Origin: an uncultured Gammaproteobacteria bacterium
GTDB taxonomy: Bacteria; Pseudomonadota; Gammaproteobacteria; Chromatiales; Chromatiaceae
Assembly: GCA_963698355.1 (NCBI GenBank)
Contig: CAVOQO010000076.1
Coordinates: 42,420-106,419 of the forward strand
DNA: 64,000 nt
Reading direction: 5' to 3'
Positions 9,152-20,371 of the stretch are shown piece after piece. A model generated the notes under the pieces. The model saw nothing but the letters and a program-made list of their open reading frames with translations. It had not been told where the DNA came from and did no database searches. Numbering within the stretch: the stretch's first letter is position 1; each line of letters starts with the position of its first letter. Both the position numbers and the translations under genes were made by a program.

Positions 9152-11323
9152 ATGTCCCGTTACAGCTTCTTCGCCACGACCCCGAAGCATCTGGGCAGCC
9201 TGCTCGCCGAAGAGCTGGAGCGGCTCGGTCTGCACGGTGCCACCGAGGGCCGTGGCGGTGCGCGCTTCGAGGGGAGCCTGGAGGACGGCTACCGGGCCTG
9301 TCTCTGGTCCCGGGTCGCCAACCGGGTATTGCTGCCCCTCGCCCAGTTCCCGGCCGTCGGCCCCGAGGCGCTCTACGCCGGCGCCGTGGAGGTCCCCTGG
9401 GAAGACCACCTCACACCGGACCGAACCTTTGCCGTGCGCTTCGACGGGAGACTGCCGGGTGTCACCGACAGCCGCTATCCCGCCCTGAAGGTGAAGGATG
9501 CCATCGCGGACCGCTTCAACAGCCGCCTGGGCCGCCGCCCGAACGTCGATGCCGAGAACCCGGACCTGCTCATCCATTGCTATGTCCTGCGCGAGGTCGC
9601 TACCCTGGCCATCGACCTCTCCGGGAGCTCCCTGCATCGCCGCGGCTACCGGGAGCAGGGCGCCGCTGCACCCCTGAAGGAGAACCTGGCGGCCGCCATC
9701 CTGCTCCGGGCCGGCTGGCCGGATCTGGCCGCGGAGGGGGCGGCCCTGCTGGACCCGATGTGCGGCTCCGGCACCCTGGTGATCGAAGGGGCCCTGATGG
9801 CCGCGGACATCGCCCCCGGGCTGCTCCACGACCAGTCCGGCAACCGCTTCGGGTTCGAGGGCTGGCTCGGTCACGACCCGATCGCGTGGGAGCGACTGAT
9901 CGACGAGGCGATGATCCGACGCGAGGCGGGGCTCCACAGGCTGGGCTCCCTGCGCGGCTACGACGAGCACCCCGCGGCGATTCGCGCGGCGCTCGCCAAC
10001 CTGCAGCGGGCCGGGTTGGCGGGGCGCGCCCATTTCGAGCGCCGCGAGCTCGCCGACTGCCGCCCGGGCCGGGACGAGGACCGGGGACTGGTGGTGGCCA
10101 ACCCGCCTTATGGCCAGCGGCTGGGAGCAGACTCTGACCTGCCCGCCCTCTACGCGCGGCTCGGTGCCGTGCTGCGCGAGCGTTTCACCGGCTGGAAGGC
10201 CGCGGTGTTCACCGGCAATCCGGAGCTCGGCAAGCACATGGGGCTGCGCGCGCTGCGTACCCATGCCCTTTACAACGGCCCCATCGAGTGCCGGCTGCTC
10301 CACTTCGAGGTGGACCCCGCCAATTTCGTCAGCAACCAGCCCCGCCCCCTGCCCCCGGACGCTCGGGGTGAGGGGGCGGTCGCACTCGCGAATCGGCTCG
10401 CCAAAAACCGAAAGGCCCTGCGCAAATGGCGCGAGACCCGGCAAATCAGTTGTTACCGCCTCTATGACGCAGATCTGCCCGAGTACGCAGTCGCCGTGGA
10501 CGTCTACGAGGGCGAGCGGCGCTGGCTGGTCGTGCAGGAATACGCGGCCCCGCCGAGCGTGGAGCCCGAGCGCGCCCGGCGCCGGCTTCGGGAGGCCCTT
10601 GGGGTGATCCCGGAGGTGCTGGAGGTCCCCCAGTCCCAGGTCTTCTTCAAGGTGCGGCGCCAGCAGAAGGGGACGAGTCAGTACGAGCGCTTAGGCGAGG
10701 CCCGCCACTTCCACGAGGTGAGCGAAGGCGGCCACCGCTTCCTGGTGAACTTCGAGGACTATCTGGACACCGGACTCTTCCTCGATCACCGGGACACCCG
10801 GCGGATGATCGGCGAGCAGGCCCAGGGAAAGCGTTTCCTCAACCTGTTCGCCTACACGGGCACCGCCACCGTCTATGCGGCCCGGGGCGGCGCCGCCGCG
10901 ACCACGACGGTGGACATGTCCCGCACCTATCTGGACTGGGCGCGGCGCAACCTGGAGCTCAACGGCATCCAGGGTCCGGGGCACGAACTGATCCAGGCGG
11001 ACTGTCTGGATTGGCTGCGCCAGGTCAAGGGGCGCCGCCGCTTCGGTCTGATCTTCCTCGATCCCCCCAGCTTCTCCGCCTCAAAGCGGATGGAGGGGAC
11101 CCTCGACATCCAGCGCGATCACGTTGAGCTGATCCGCGCCGCGACGGCGCTGCTGGACCCAGACGGTCTGCTGATCTTCTCCAACAATCTGCGCCGCTTC
11201 CGGATGGACCGGGAGTCCCTGGCGGACCTTGAGATCGCCGACATCAGCGCCAAGACCCTGCCCATAGACTTCGCCCGCAACCCCCGCATCCACAACTGCT
11301 GGCAGGTCCGCCGCCGCGGGTAG
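9152..11323 (+). CDS. rlmKL: 23S rRNA m2G2445/m7G2069 methyltransferase RlmKL
   Basis: THUMP region, DPMCGSGT, NPPYG, second MTase domain DYLDTGLFLDHR and DPPSF. Confidence 0.96.
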   Translation: MSRYSFFATTPKHLGSLLAEELERLGLHGATEGRGGARFEGSLEDGYRACLWSRVANRVLLPLAQFPAVGPEALYAGAVEVPWEDHLTPDRTFAVRFDGRLPGVTDSRYPALKVKDAIADRFNSRLGRRPNVDAENPDLLIHCYVLREVATLAIDLSGSSLHRRGYREQGAAAPLKENLAAAILLRAGWPDLAAEGAALLDPMCGSGTLVIEGALMAADIAPGLLHDQSGNRFGFEGWLGHDPIAWERLIDEAMIRREAGLHRLGSLRGYDEHPAAIRAALANLQRAGLAGRAHFERRELADCRPGRDEDRGLVVANPPYGQRLGADSDLPALYARLGAVLRERFTGWKAAVFTGNPELGKHMGLRALRTHALYNGPIECRLLHFEVDPANFVSNQPRPLPPDARGEGAVALANRLAKNRKALRKWRETRQISCYRLYDADLPEYAVAVDVYEGERRWLVVQEYAAPPSVEPERARRRLREALGVIPEVLEVPQSQVFFKVRRQQKGTSQYERLGEARHFHEVSEGGHRFLVNFEDYLDTGLFLDHRDTRRMIGEQAQGKRFLNLFAYTGTATVYAARGGAAATTTVDMSRTYLDWARRNLELNGIQGPGHELIQADCLDWLRQVKGRRRFGLIFLDPPSFSASKRMEGTLDIQRDHVELIRAATALLDPDGLLIFSNNLRRFRMDRESLADLEIADISAKTLPIDFARNPRIHNCWQVRRRG

Positions 11324-11602
11324 CATCCTGCCGCCGGAATGCTCCCGTCGGGCCACCGGCTCCAGTCCAGATCCCGTGCGCCGGCGCTCTCCGCGACCAT
11401 ACGCCCCCCGGCGTGTCTGCGTCGGCTTGGGTCCCGGCCTCAGGTCTCTGCTACTCTTCACGCGTGTGCGCCCTGGCGCCTTCGCGGCGGGAGGGAGGCT
11501 CACGCGGGCGGACGAATCCGTCGACGCTCGGTGATGCCCGGCAAGGACCGGGTTCACACACGAAGTCATCTGATCCCAACCAAAGAGAGAGTCCACACCA
11601 TT

Positions 11603-11803
11603 ATGTCTGTCGCCAAAGTCATCGAGATCAGTGCGGAATCCCAAGAGAGCTTTGAGGATGCGATACGCCGCGGCATCAAGACCGCCGGGAAGAGCATCCA
11701 CGGCATCGAGGGCGCCTGGGTGAAGAGTCAGAAGGTCATCGTGAAGGACGATAAGATCACGGCCTTTCGCGTGGAACTTAAGCTGACGTTCGTTCTCGAC
11801 TAG
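11603..11803 (+). CDS. Dodecin family protein
   Basis: MSVAKVIEISAESQESFEDAI...AWVK...FRVELKLTFVLD, 66 aa. Confidence 0.9.
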   Translation: MSVAKVIEISAESQESFEDAIRRGIKTAGKSIHGIEGAWVKSQKVIVKDDKITAFRVELKLTFVLD

Positions 11804-12057
11804 GGTCGTTTTGAGCGGACTGCCTTCACGCGGTCCGCAGGAGGGCGGGGGTCGATTCACGTTGACGGCCTGCGGATGAAGGAGGACTCGCCGCCCCTTC
11901 ATCCTCAGCCTGGCGGGACTGGTGGCGACCGCCGGTTCGGTCGCGATCCGGCTGCTGCCTGTGGACCTGAGCCCGCGCGCACCGACTCGGGATTGGCGCT
12001 GCTGGCTGCTCTCCAACCTGGAGCGGCTGCAGCTCGACGGATAATTGCCGTATCGAC

Positions 12058-12092
12058 GGGCAAGGGGCGGCCCGACGGGTCGCCCCTTGCCC
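12058..12092. terminator. GC-rich hairpin downstream of the lipoprotein gene
   Basis: GGGCAAGGGGCG...CGCCCCTTGCCC inverted repeat about 20 bp past the 12111 stop; no clear U-tract. Confidence 0.45.
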
Positions 12093-12110
12093 TCGTCGTT
12101 CAGCTCAGAC

Positions 12111-12596
12111 TCAATTCCCCGTTGGCGCTGGAGCGGCGGCCGGCTGCTCCCCGCTCAGCATCGCCTCCAGCTTGGCGATTTCGTCCTGGAGCCCCTGGGG
12201 CAGGGAATCCCTGAGCGCGCGCAGCTGCTCCATGACGGTCTCTGCTAGATCGATCTTATTCTCGGCGATGTAGTCCTTCACCTGCTGGATCAGCTCTTTG
12301 GCCTTGTCGATCGTAGCCTGGGCAATCTCCTGGCTCTTCTCTACGGCCGCGTCGGCCGCCTCGCTGACCTTCTCCTGCGCGGCGTCGGCTGCCTCGCTGA
12401 CTTTCTCCTTGGCGGCGTCGCCTGCCTCGCTGACCTTTTCCTTGGCGGCGTCGGTTGCCTCGCTGACCTTCTCGCCGGCGGCTTGGGTCGCCTCCTTGGC
12501 GGCCTCCGCGGCCTTTTTGGCGTCGTCGCCCTGCCCGCAGGCAGCGAGACCGAGGGTAACGGCGATCGCCAGGACTAAAAAGCTCTGCTTCTTCAT
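12111..12596 (-). CDS. Lipoprotein with 11-aa tandem repeats
   Basis: Lipobox LAAC; repeats of EKVSEA(A/T/G)DAA(K/Q) visible as ~33-bp DNA repeats. Confidence 0.8.
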   Translation of the reverse strand: MKKQSFLVLAIAVTLGLAACGQGDDAKKAAEAAKEATQAAGEKVSEATDAAKEKVSEAGDAAKEKVSEAADAAQEKVSEAADAAVEKSQEIAQATIDKAKELIQQVKDYIAENKIDLAETVMEQLRALRDSLPQGLQDEIAKLEAMLSGEQPAAAPAPTGN

Positions 12597-12849
12597 ATCA
12601 TTACTCCGTCGTTGTGGTGGGCTTGGCTGGGTTTTTCAGGTTGTCGAATCCGATTCCCTCGCGAGGCTTCAGTGGGCGCCGCCGGCCGGAAAAGCCCGCT
12701 TCGGGACGGCATGCCGCAACCTCGCCTCAGTGCCTCCTATCATAACCGGCCACGGCGGCAACTGCCGCCGGTGAGATCTGGCGGCGGATGGACTCACCCC
12801 GCACCGAGGAACGAAAAGGCGCCACGCCCAAGCGCGCTGAATCGCGGAC

Positions 12850-14349
12850 TCAGGCACGGCTGGACGCGGCGACCCGGGCGCGGGCCGCGTCGAAGGCCAC
12901 GCAGGTGCCGGGGTCCGGGCGGTCGACCATACTGACCACCCAGACCGCAGCCAAGGAGAGCAGGAAGCCGGGTACCAACTCGTAGAGGTCGAAGATCCCG
13001 CCCTGGAGTGGCTTCCACACCACCACCGTGAGTCCTCCCACCAGGATCCCCGCCAGGGCCCCGCGCCCGGTCATGCGCGGCCAGTAGAGCGAGAGCAGAA
13101 GCGCCGGGCCGAAGGCGGCACCAAAGCCCGCCCAGGCATAGCCGACCAGATCCAGCACCAGGGCCTTGGGGTCCATGGCGAGGACAAAGGCGAGCCCGGC
13201 CAGCACGATCACCGACGCGCGCCCGGCTACCACCAGCTCCTTTGGGCCGGCCTTGGGCCGCAGTACGCGCCGGTAGAAGTCCTCCGTGAAGGACGACGAC
13301 GACACCAGGAGCTGCGAATCCGCGGTGCTCATGATGGCCGCCAGGATGGCGGCAAGACAGATGCCCGCCACCCATGGGTGAAACAACAGGTCCACCAGGT
13401 GAATGAAAACCTTCTCCCGCTCGTCCCCGGCCAGGGGCGGGTCGAGCAGCGGCACGCCGGACAGTCCGGTGAGGATGGCCCCGCTCATGGTGATGGCGAC
13501 CCAGGTGAGCGCGATCCGCCGCGCCACGGGAACCGCGGCGGCGGAACGGATTGCCTGGAAGCGAGCCAGGATGTGGGGCTGGCCGAAATAACCGAGCCCC
13601 CACGCGGCCAGGGAGATCACGGCGACCGGACCGAGAGGGTTGCCGTCGCGCGTGGTGAGCGGGTCGAACAGGTGCGGATTAGCCGCCGCGATGGCGGCCG
13701 CCGATGGCTCCAGTCCGCCCAGCTGGACGGCGGCGAAGATCGGCACCGCGACGAGGGCGGCCGCCATCAGGAGCCCTTGGAGGACGTCTGTCCAGGATAC
13801 AGCGAGAAAGCCCCCCACCGCCGTGTACAGCAGGATGACCAGGGTCCCCACGGCCACCGCCCAGAGATACGGAAGCCCGAAGACCGCCTCGAACAGCTTG
13901 CCGCCCGCCACCAGACCGGAGCTCGTATAGATCAGAAAGAACAGCAGGATGAACAGCGCCGCGATCCCGCGCAGGAGGCCGGTCCGGTCCGCAAAGCGGT
14001 TGGCGAAATACTCGGGCAGGGTCAGTGAGTCACCGAATGACTCGGTGAAGACCCGCAGACGGGCTGCCATCAGACGCCAGTTCAGCCAGGTCCCGACCAG
14101 GAGCCCCCCCGCAAGCCACAGGGACTCCACCCCCGCCGCGTATGCCAGGCCGGGCAACCCGAGGAGCAGCCAGCCGCTCATGTCCGAAGCGCTCGCGCTG
14201 AGCGCCGCCACGCCGCTCCCCAGTCCGCGGCCTCCAAGGACGAAGTCCGCGATGGTGGCGGTGCGCCGATAGGCATACCAGCCGATCGCCAAGACGGCCG
14301 CAAAATAGCAGGCGAAGGTAAAGGCGAGGATCGACAACTCCCGACTCAA
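12850..14349 (-). CDS. putP: Sodium/proline symporter
   Basis: ALSASASDMSGWLLLGLPG, WGLGYFGQPHILARF and AAIMSTADSQLLV; TTG start after an AGGAG RBS. Confidence 0.95.
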   Translation of the reverse strand: MSRELSILAFTFACYFAAVLAIGWYAYRRTATIADFVLGGRGLGSGVAALSASASDMSGWLLLGLPGLAYAAGVESLWLAGGLLVGTWLNWRLMAARLRVFTESFGDSLTLPEYFANRFADRTGLLRGIAALFILLFFLIYTSSGLVAGGKLFEAVFGLPYLWAVAVGTLVILLYTAVGGFLAVSWTDVLQGLLMAAALVAVPIFAAVQLGGLEPSAAAIAAANPHLFDPLTTRDGNPLGPVAVISLAAWGLGYFGQPHILARFQAIRSAAAVPVARRIALTWVAITMSGAILTGLSGVPLLDPPLAGDEREKVFIHLVDLLFHPWVAGICLAAILAAIMSTADSQLLVSSSSFTEDFYRRVLRPKAGPKELVVAGRASVIVLAGLAFVLAMDPKALVLDLVGYAWAGFGAAFGPALLLSLYWPRMTGRGALAGILVGGLTVVVWKPLQGGIFDLYELVPGFLLSLAAVWVVSMVDRPDPGTCVAFDAARARVAASSRA

Positions 14350-14508
14350 CTCGGACTCCTGTTGGTTGACCGGCGTTGAGAACCCGGGCCTAACGCGCCC
14401 GGGAAGGCCGGCGCAAAATGAATCTGGACCACGGCGGGAAGCCCCCGAAAGCGCCCGCAGTCGCCCCTGCACCCGATTGGGTGCAGGCGTTACGAGAAAA
14501 GGGCTCGG

Positions 14509-14835
14509 CTACCCCCGCTTATTCGGCAACCCACTCGCCCCTCCTGACCGGGAAGAGGGATTCACCGGCTTTTCGGCTCGGCGCAGGAGTCCAGGGGAGA
14601 CATTCCACCGCTGTCCTTCATCGGTCAGGATCGAGACCGTCTTCCGGTTGTACTTGACCAGAACTCCGGAGAGCACGGGGTAACCGTCGGGCTGGAAAGA
14701 GACCCGGTCGCCGATGCTGAAGTCCAGCATCTGGGCATGAGCGCGCATCTCACGCAGAAACTTGATACGAGCCACGATTCGATGGTTCAGCTCGACGAGC
14801 TCCTGCTCGGTGAGCAAATCGATGTTGATCGTCAT
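14509..14835 (-). CDS. Conserved hypothetical protein (helix plus SH3/KOW-like C-terminus)
   Basis: Compact 108-aa ORF containing FSIGDRVSF...KYNRKTVSILTDEGQRWNVSPGLL. Confidence 0.65.
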   Translation of the reverse strand: MTINIDLLTEQELVELNHRIVARIKFLREMRAHAQMLDFSIGDRVSFQPDGYPVLSGVLVKYNRKTVSILTDEGQRWNVSPGLLRRAEKPVNPSSRSGGASGLPNKRG

Positions 14836-14921
14836 CGGCGTGTCTTCGGCCTAGCCTCGGAGGGTCAACCGCATCGTCAGTGATACGGCCCGCAGACCCT
14901 GATGGATGTGATCGAATTCGC

Positions 14922-15881
14922 TCAAGCCTCCTCAGGCTTGAACCCCCGCCAAACCTTCTGCCCCATGGTCACGGTCGCGAGCACCAGCGCACCGGCCAGG
15001 ATGCCCGCGATCGCGTTGAGCAGGGTCGGCGTCAGCCCCGCCAAAACCGCGCCGACGCCCGGTATCGCCTCGGCGCTATGGCTCATCCCGTGGATCGGCT
15101 CGTGCAGCCAAGGCAGCCCGTGGACCAGAATACCCCCGCCAACCAGGAACATGGCGGCGGTGCCAACAACGGAGAGCCCCTTCATCAGCCAAGGGGCCGC
15201 ACCAAGAATGCGCTGACCCAACCCGCGCTGGAACCTGTTCCAGGCGCCCTCCCCCGGTCTCTTGCTCAGCCAGAGTCCAGCGTCGTCCAGCTTGACGATG
15301 CCGGCAACCAGCCCGTAAACGCCCGCGGTCATGAGGAGCGCAATGCCAATCAGCACCACCACTTGGATGCCGAATGCGGCCCCGGCCACTGTCCCCAGGG
15401 TGATGACGATGATCTCTGCGGAGAGGATGAAGTCGGTACGGATGGCACCTTTGATCTTGTCCCGTTCCAGGGTCTTCATGTCCACCTGTGGGTCCTTCAA
15501 TGCCTGCAACAGCTCGGCGCTATGGCTCTCGTCTTCCTCCTTGGGGTGGAGGAATTTATGGGCCAGCTTCTCGAATCCCTCGAAACACAGATAGGCGCCA
15601 CCCACCATGAGCAGGGGCGTGATCGCCCATGACGCCACGGCACTGATTCCCAGCGCCGCCGGCACCAGGATCGCCTTGTTGCGCAACGAGCCCAGGAAGA
15701 CCGCCCAGACCACAGGAAGCTCCCGCTCGGCGCGCACCCCGGACACCTGCTCCGCATTCAGGGCCAGGTCGTCCCCCAGGACGCCTGCGGTCTTGCGGGC
15801 CGCGACTTTGGTCATCAGCGAGATATCGTCGAGGATGGTGGCGATATCGTCGATCAGTGCAAGGAGGCTTGAAGTGGCCAT
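14922..15881 (-). CDS. DUF808 (YedI-like) inner membrane protein
   Basis: [31 protein letters not shown] and [12 protein letters not shown]. Confidence 0.92.
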   Translation of the reverse strand: MATSSLLALIDDIATILDDISLMTKVAARKTAGVLGDDLALNAEQVSGVRAERELPVVWAVFLGSLRNKAILVPAALGISAVASWAITPLLMVGGAYLCFEGFEKLAHKFLHPKEEDESHSAELLQALKDPQVDMKTLERDKIKGAIRTDFILSAEIIVITLGTVAGAAFGIQVVVLIGIALLMTAGVYGLVAGIVKLDDAGLWLSKRPGEGAWNRFQRGLGQRILGAAPWLMKGLSVVGTAAMFLVGGGILVHGLPWLHEPIHGMSHSAEAIPGVGAVLAGLTPTLLNAIAGILAGALVLATVTMGQKVWRGFKPEEA

Positions 15882-16045
15882 GGATCTCGACTGACAGCTT
15901 GCGTTGGTGCCGATGATAAACGCCGTGGACGAATCCTGCCCCCCTTGGCTCGCAGACGGTGGCCGCTGACCCAAACCCGTCATCCGGCCTCCCCTCCCTT
16001 GGCCTATACTCGCGCGTTCTCGAAAGCCCAGAGCGAGGTTTGCCC

Positions 16046-18289
16046 ATGCGCTTCCGTTTTCCCGTGGTCATCGTCGACGAGGATTTCCGATCCGAGAACG
16101 CCAGCGGGACAGGGGTGCGGGTGCTGGCCAAGGCCATCGAGGAGGAAGGGATCGAGACACTGGGGGTCACCAGCTTCCGGGACGTGGCCTCATTCGCCCA
16201 GCAGCAATCGCGGGCCTCGGCCTTCATTCTGTCAATCGACGACGAGCAGTTCTCATCTCCGGAGGAGGCTGCCGCGGCCATCACCCAGTTGCGCTCCTTC
16301 GTGGAGGAGATCCGCTTTCGCAACAGGGACATCCCGATCTTCCTTTACGGCGAGACCCGTACCTCCCGCCATGTGCCCAACGACGTGCTCCGCGAGCTGC
16401 ACGGCTTCATCCACATGTTCGAGGACACACCGGAGTTCGTTGCGCGCTACATCGTCCGCGAGGCGCGCAACTATCTGGATTCACTCGCCCCGCCCTTCTT
16501 CAGGGCCCTGACCCACTACGCGGCGGACAGCTCCTACTCCTGGCACTGCCCGGGGCACTCGGGGGGCGTCGCCTTTCTCAAGAGCCCTGTGGGCCAGATG
16601 TTCCACCAGTTCTTCGGCGAGAACATGCTGCGCGCGGACGTCTGCAACGCGGTGGAGGAGCTCGGCCAACTGCTCGACCACACCGGGCCGGTGGCCGCCT
16701 CGGAGCGCAACGCGGCGCGCATCTTCCACGCCGACCACCTGTTTTTCGTCACCAACGGGACCTCGACCTCGAACAAGATCGTCTGGCACTCCACCGTGGC
16801 GCCAGGAGACATCGTGGTGGTGGACCGCAACTGCCACAAGTCCATCCTCCATGCCATCACTATCACTGGGGCTATCCCCGTCTTCCTGATGCCCACGCGC
16901 AATCATTACGGCATCATCGGCCCCATCCCGCTGGAGGAATTTCGCTGGGAGAACATCGAGCGCAAGATCGCCGCCAACCCCTTCGCTCGCGAGTCCAGGT
17001 GCCGCCCGCGCATCCTCACCATCACCCAAAGCACCTACGACGGGGTCAGCTACAACGTCGAGACCATCAAGGAGATGCTCGACGGTCGCATCGACACCCT
17101 GCACTTCGACGAGGCCTGGCTCCCCCACGCGGCCTTCCACGACTTTTACGGCGACTATCACGCCATCGGCGAGGGGCGCGCGCCCTGCACCGACTCCATG
17201 ATCTTCTCCACCCAGTCCACCCACAAGCTACTGGCCGGTCTGTCACAGGCCTCCCAGATCCTGGTGCAGGACAGTGCCAATCAGAAGCTCGACCGCGACG
17301 TGTTCAACGAGGCCTTCCTCATGCACATGTCCACCAGCCCCCAGTACGCCATCATCGCCTCCTGCGACGTCGCCGCCGCCATGATGGAACCGCCGGGCGG
17401 CACCGCCCTGGTGGAGGAGTCGATCCTCGAGGCCCTGGACTTCCGCCGCGCCATGCGCAAGGTCGACGCGGAGCTGGAAGAGTCCTGGTGGTTCAAGGTC
17501 TGGGGGCCGGAGGAGCTGGCGAACGAAGGGATCGGCGAGCGGGAGGACTGGGTCCTGCGTGCCGGGGATCGTTGGCACGGATTCGGCGACCTGGCCGCTG
17601 GATTCAACATGCTCGACCCCATCAAGGCAACGGTGATCACCCCGGGGGTGGACGTCGATGGCGACGTGGCGCACTGGGGCATCCCGGCGGCGATTGTCAC
17701 CCGCTATCTCGCCGAGCACGGGATCATCGTGGAGAAGACCGGGCTCTATTCCTTCTTCATCATGTTCACCATCGGCATCACCAAGGGCCGCTGGAACACC
17801 ATGGTCACGGAGCTCCAGCAGTTCAAGGACGACTACGACCACAACCGTCCGCTGTGGCGTGTCATGCCCGAGCTCGTCGCCAAACAGCCGCGCTATGAGC
17901 GCATCGGCCTCGAGGACCTCTGCGATCAGATCCATGCAGTCTACCGGGAGCATGACATCCCGCGTCTCACGACCGAGATGTATCTTTCGGAAATGACCCC
18001 CGCCATGCGACCCGCGGACGCCTTCGCGAGAATGGCCCACCGGGCGATCGATCGCGTGGAGATCGATCATCTGGAGGGTCGAATCACCGCGATCCTACTG
18101 ACACCTTACCCCCCTGGCATCCCCTTGCTGATCCCCGGCGAACGCTTCAACGCCACGATCGTGCGCTTCCTCCAGTTCGCCCGCGCCTTCAACGAGCAGT
18201 TCCCCGGTTTCGAGACCGACATCCATGGGCTGGTCAAGGAGCAGATCGAGGGCGGAAGGGTGCGTTACTACGTGGATTGCGTGCGGTGA
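16046..18289 (+). CDS. Arginine/lysine/ornithine decarboxylase (fold type I PLP, wing domain)
   Basis: [30 protein letters not shown] and PLP lysine motif STHK. Confidence 0.95.
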   Translation: MRFRFPVVIVDEDFRSENASGTGVRVLAKAIEEEGIETLGVTSFRDVASFAQQQSRASAFILSIDDEQFSSPEEAAAAITQLRSFVEEIRFRNRDIPIFLYGETRTSRHVPNDVLRELHGFIHMFEDTPEFVARYIVREARNYLDSLAPPFFRALTHYAADSSYSWHCPGHSGGVAFLKSPVGQMFHQFFGENMLRADVCNAVEELGQLLDHTGPVAASERNAARIFHADHLFFVTNGTSTSNKIVWHSTVAPGDIVVVDRNCHKSILHAITITGAIPVFLMPTRNHYGIIGPIPLEEFRWENIERKIAANPFARESRCRPRILTITQSTYDGVSYNVETIKEMLDGRIDTLHFDEAWLPHAAFHDFYGDYHAIGEGRAPCTDSMIFSTQSTHKLLAGLSQASQILVQDSANQKLDRDVFNEAFLMHMSTSPQYAIIASCDVAAAMMEPPGGTALVEESILEALDFRRAMRKVDAELEESWWFKVWGPEELANEGIGEREDWVLRAGDRWHGFGDLAAGFNMLDPIKATVITPGVDVDGDVAHWGIPAAIVTRYLAEHGIIVEKTGLYSFFIMFTIGITKGRWNTMVTELQQFKDDYDHNRPLWRVMPELVAKQPRYERIGLEDLCDQIHAVYREHDIPRLTTEMYLSEMTPAMRPADAFARMAHRAIDRVEIDHLEGRITAILLTPYPPGIPLLIPGERFNATIVRFLQFARAFNEQFPGFETDIHGLVKEQIEGGRVRYYVDCVR

Positions 18290-18360
18290 GCGGCGGTTGG
18301 TCTTGGTACGCTTGTCATGGTGTTCGCGCTCGATCACGGATCTCAGGTCCCTGAAATTCC

Positions 18361-19140
18361 TTGACCCGACCGATGCGTAACCGCGGGTTCTCTATTCGAT
18401 TGCCTGTGACGGCCGCCCTCCTGCTCCTGGGCGCCATTTCCAATCTCCAAGCGGAAAATCTGGCGGTCGCGGCCGCCCCGCCCTCAGTCGCGCTGGCGGC
18501 CGAGACGATGGGTGAGCGGATCAAGGTGGAGCTCAGGCACGAGATGGCCCGAGTGGCGCCCTGGCTCGACCGCTACGGCTATGGAGCGGTTGCATTGGCC
18601 GTAGGCGTCGAGGGGGCCGGTATTCCGGCGCCGGGGCAGACTCTGCTGATCGCCGCCGCCGCGGACGCCGCCTCGCACCCCAAGCTGCGTATCGGCTCGC
18701 TGCTGCTGGTGGCCTTTGTGGCGGCCGTGATCGGCAATACCTTGGGTTACCTGATCGGGCGCTGGGGCGGCAGGGCGCTGCTGCACCGGCTGCGGCTCAA
18801 GGATCATCACCTCGAGCGGGTAGAGGGCGGCTTCGCCCGCTGGGGCGGCTGGCTGATCGTCATCGCCCGGTTCTTCGACGGTCTGCGGCAATTGAACGGA
18901 ATCGCGGCCGGGGTCCTTGAGATGTCCTGGCGGCGCTTTACCCTGTTCAATGTCCTCGGGGCAGCCCTGTGGGTGGGCTCATGGGGCCTCGGGGTCTACT
19001 ACCTGGACGAGCACCTGAACACCATTCTCGTCCTGATCCGGCGACTCAACCCATGGGTGGCGGCTGCGACCCTGATCGGGGTCGGCGCGCTGTTCGTGTT
19101 GGTCTGGAGGCGCGTGATGCGGCGGCGCGGGGCGGATTAG
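18361..19140 (+). CDS. DedA family membrane protein
   Basis: EGAGIPAPGQTLL, GNTLGYLIGRWGG and ARFFDGLR; start uncertain. Confidence 0.88.
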   Translation: MTRPMRNRGFSIRLPVTAALLLLGAISNLQAENLAVAAAPPSVALAAETMGERIKVELRHEMARVAPWLDRYGYGAVALAVGVEGAGIPAPGQTLLIAAAADAASHPKLRIGSLLLVAFVAAVIGNTLGYLIGRWGGRALLHRLRLKDHHLERVEGGFARWGGWLIVIARFFDGLRQLNGIAAGVLEMSWRRFTLFNVLGAALWVGSWGLGVYYLDEHLNTILVLIRRLNPWVAAATLIGVGALFVLVWRRVMRRRGAD

Positions 19141-19272
19141 CCAAGCGGCGGCCCGCCGTTCGAGGGACGGGATGACCCCTCGATTCCCGATGATCCAACA
19201 CAATCCCATGGCTCCGTGTCGCGATGGAGCCGTGCCGATGAGAACGGCCTAACGTCGGTTCATTCCAGACCG

Positions 19273-20259
19273 TTACCGGCCAGGGACACTCGGCGGTGGC
19301 GGAGATTCATTCTCTCCTTTGGCGACCCGGTCGAGCCGCTCAAGAAACCCGGCAGGGGGAATGAGCACCCACCCGCGGAATCCGGTGTCCATCTGTCCGC
19401 CACACTGGCGCGGTGGGGCGTCCTCGGAGACCTCAACGACGAACAGGCCTTTGTCCGCGTCGATTCCTTTGGGGTCTTCGAGCACTGTTTCGTTCGCCCA
19501 CTGGGCCAGACCCTCGATCAGGACGCCGCTGCGCACGCCGGTTTGCGTAATCTGGGCGGCGATGCCAAACAACAGGAGCTGCTTGTACTCATGCTCCGGA
19601 TTCAAGCCTCGGAACCCGATGTCCGCCGCCGAACCGCCTTGCGTCGGCGGCGCTCCGCGCACCGTCAAGTAGACGAATAGGTCGTGCAGGTCCCGCCAGG
19701 TATTCGCCGGCAGTCGCGTACCCCACAAGGCCGCGTAGCGCAACGCGCGCTGGCAGAATCGGAACAGATTGCGAATGACCCAGTGTCGCCGGCGCGCTTG
19801 CCGGGCGTCGAGCAGAAAATAGCAGCGATCGAGCTGATGCAGGGTCTGACTGAGGTTCTGAAACATCAGGCGGTAGAGCCGCTGCTCCAACGTCACGCCG
19901 CGATCCCCCTGCCCCTCAGCGGCCGACGTCCAGGGCTTGGGCAAGCCGGAACAGGTCTTGAGTACCGGCGCCTTGAGCAGGCGCAGCGTGGCGAGTCGCC
20001 GCGAGGGGGAGATATCCGCCCGGCGCAGGTTCTCCAGGGACAGGATAAGAGCGGGCGCCGCATGCCGCACCCCGGCCGAGCGCAGACCCAGAAGCCAGTC
20101 GCCCAAGGGCTCCGAGCCGACATCGAAGGAGGGCCGGTCCAGCGTGAGTCGGGACTCGCCGGGCACGGCCTCGGAAGTTTCGAGGGTCACGAGAACGCGC
20201 CTCCCTTGAAAGACCAAGTCAGGCCACCGTGGCGGGGCTATCCCCAAACCCCGGCTCAA
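19273..20259 (-). CDS. Hypothetical protein resembling the FimW N-terminal helical region (paralog 2)
   Basis: LEQRL, LPANTWRDLHDLF, EYKQLLLFG and VEVSEDAPP motifs shared with the upstream gene; start may be GTG at 20190. Confidence 0.6.
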   Translation of the reverse strand: MSRGLGIAPPRWPDLVFQGRRVLVTLETSEAVPGESRLTLDRPSFDVGSEPLGDWLLGLRSAGVRHAAPALILSLENLRRADISPSRRLATLRLLKAPVLKTCSGLPKPWTSAAEGQGDRGVTLEQRLYRLMFQNLSQTLHQLDRCYFLLDARQARRRHWVIRNLFRFCQRALRYAALWGTRLPANTWRDLHDLFVYLTVRGAPPTQGGSAADIGFRGLNPEHEYKQLLLFGIAAQITQTGVRSGVLIEGLAQWANETVLEDPKGIDADKGLFVVEVSEDAPPRQCGGQMDTGFRGWVLIPPAGFLERLDRVAKGENESPPPPSVPGR

Positions 20260-20371
20260 AGTTCATCTGGGCTTCGTTGGTCTCTTTTCGCCTTGCGGCT
20301 AAAGGTTAGCGCCGGGGCACCGCACGGACTGGGGACTTCTCCGCATTTGCAGCGGCGCGGGCCGGACCTGA

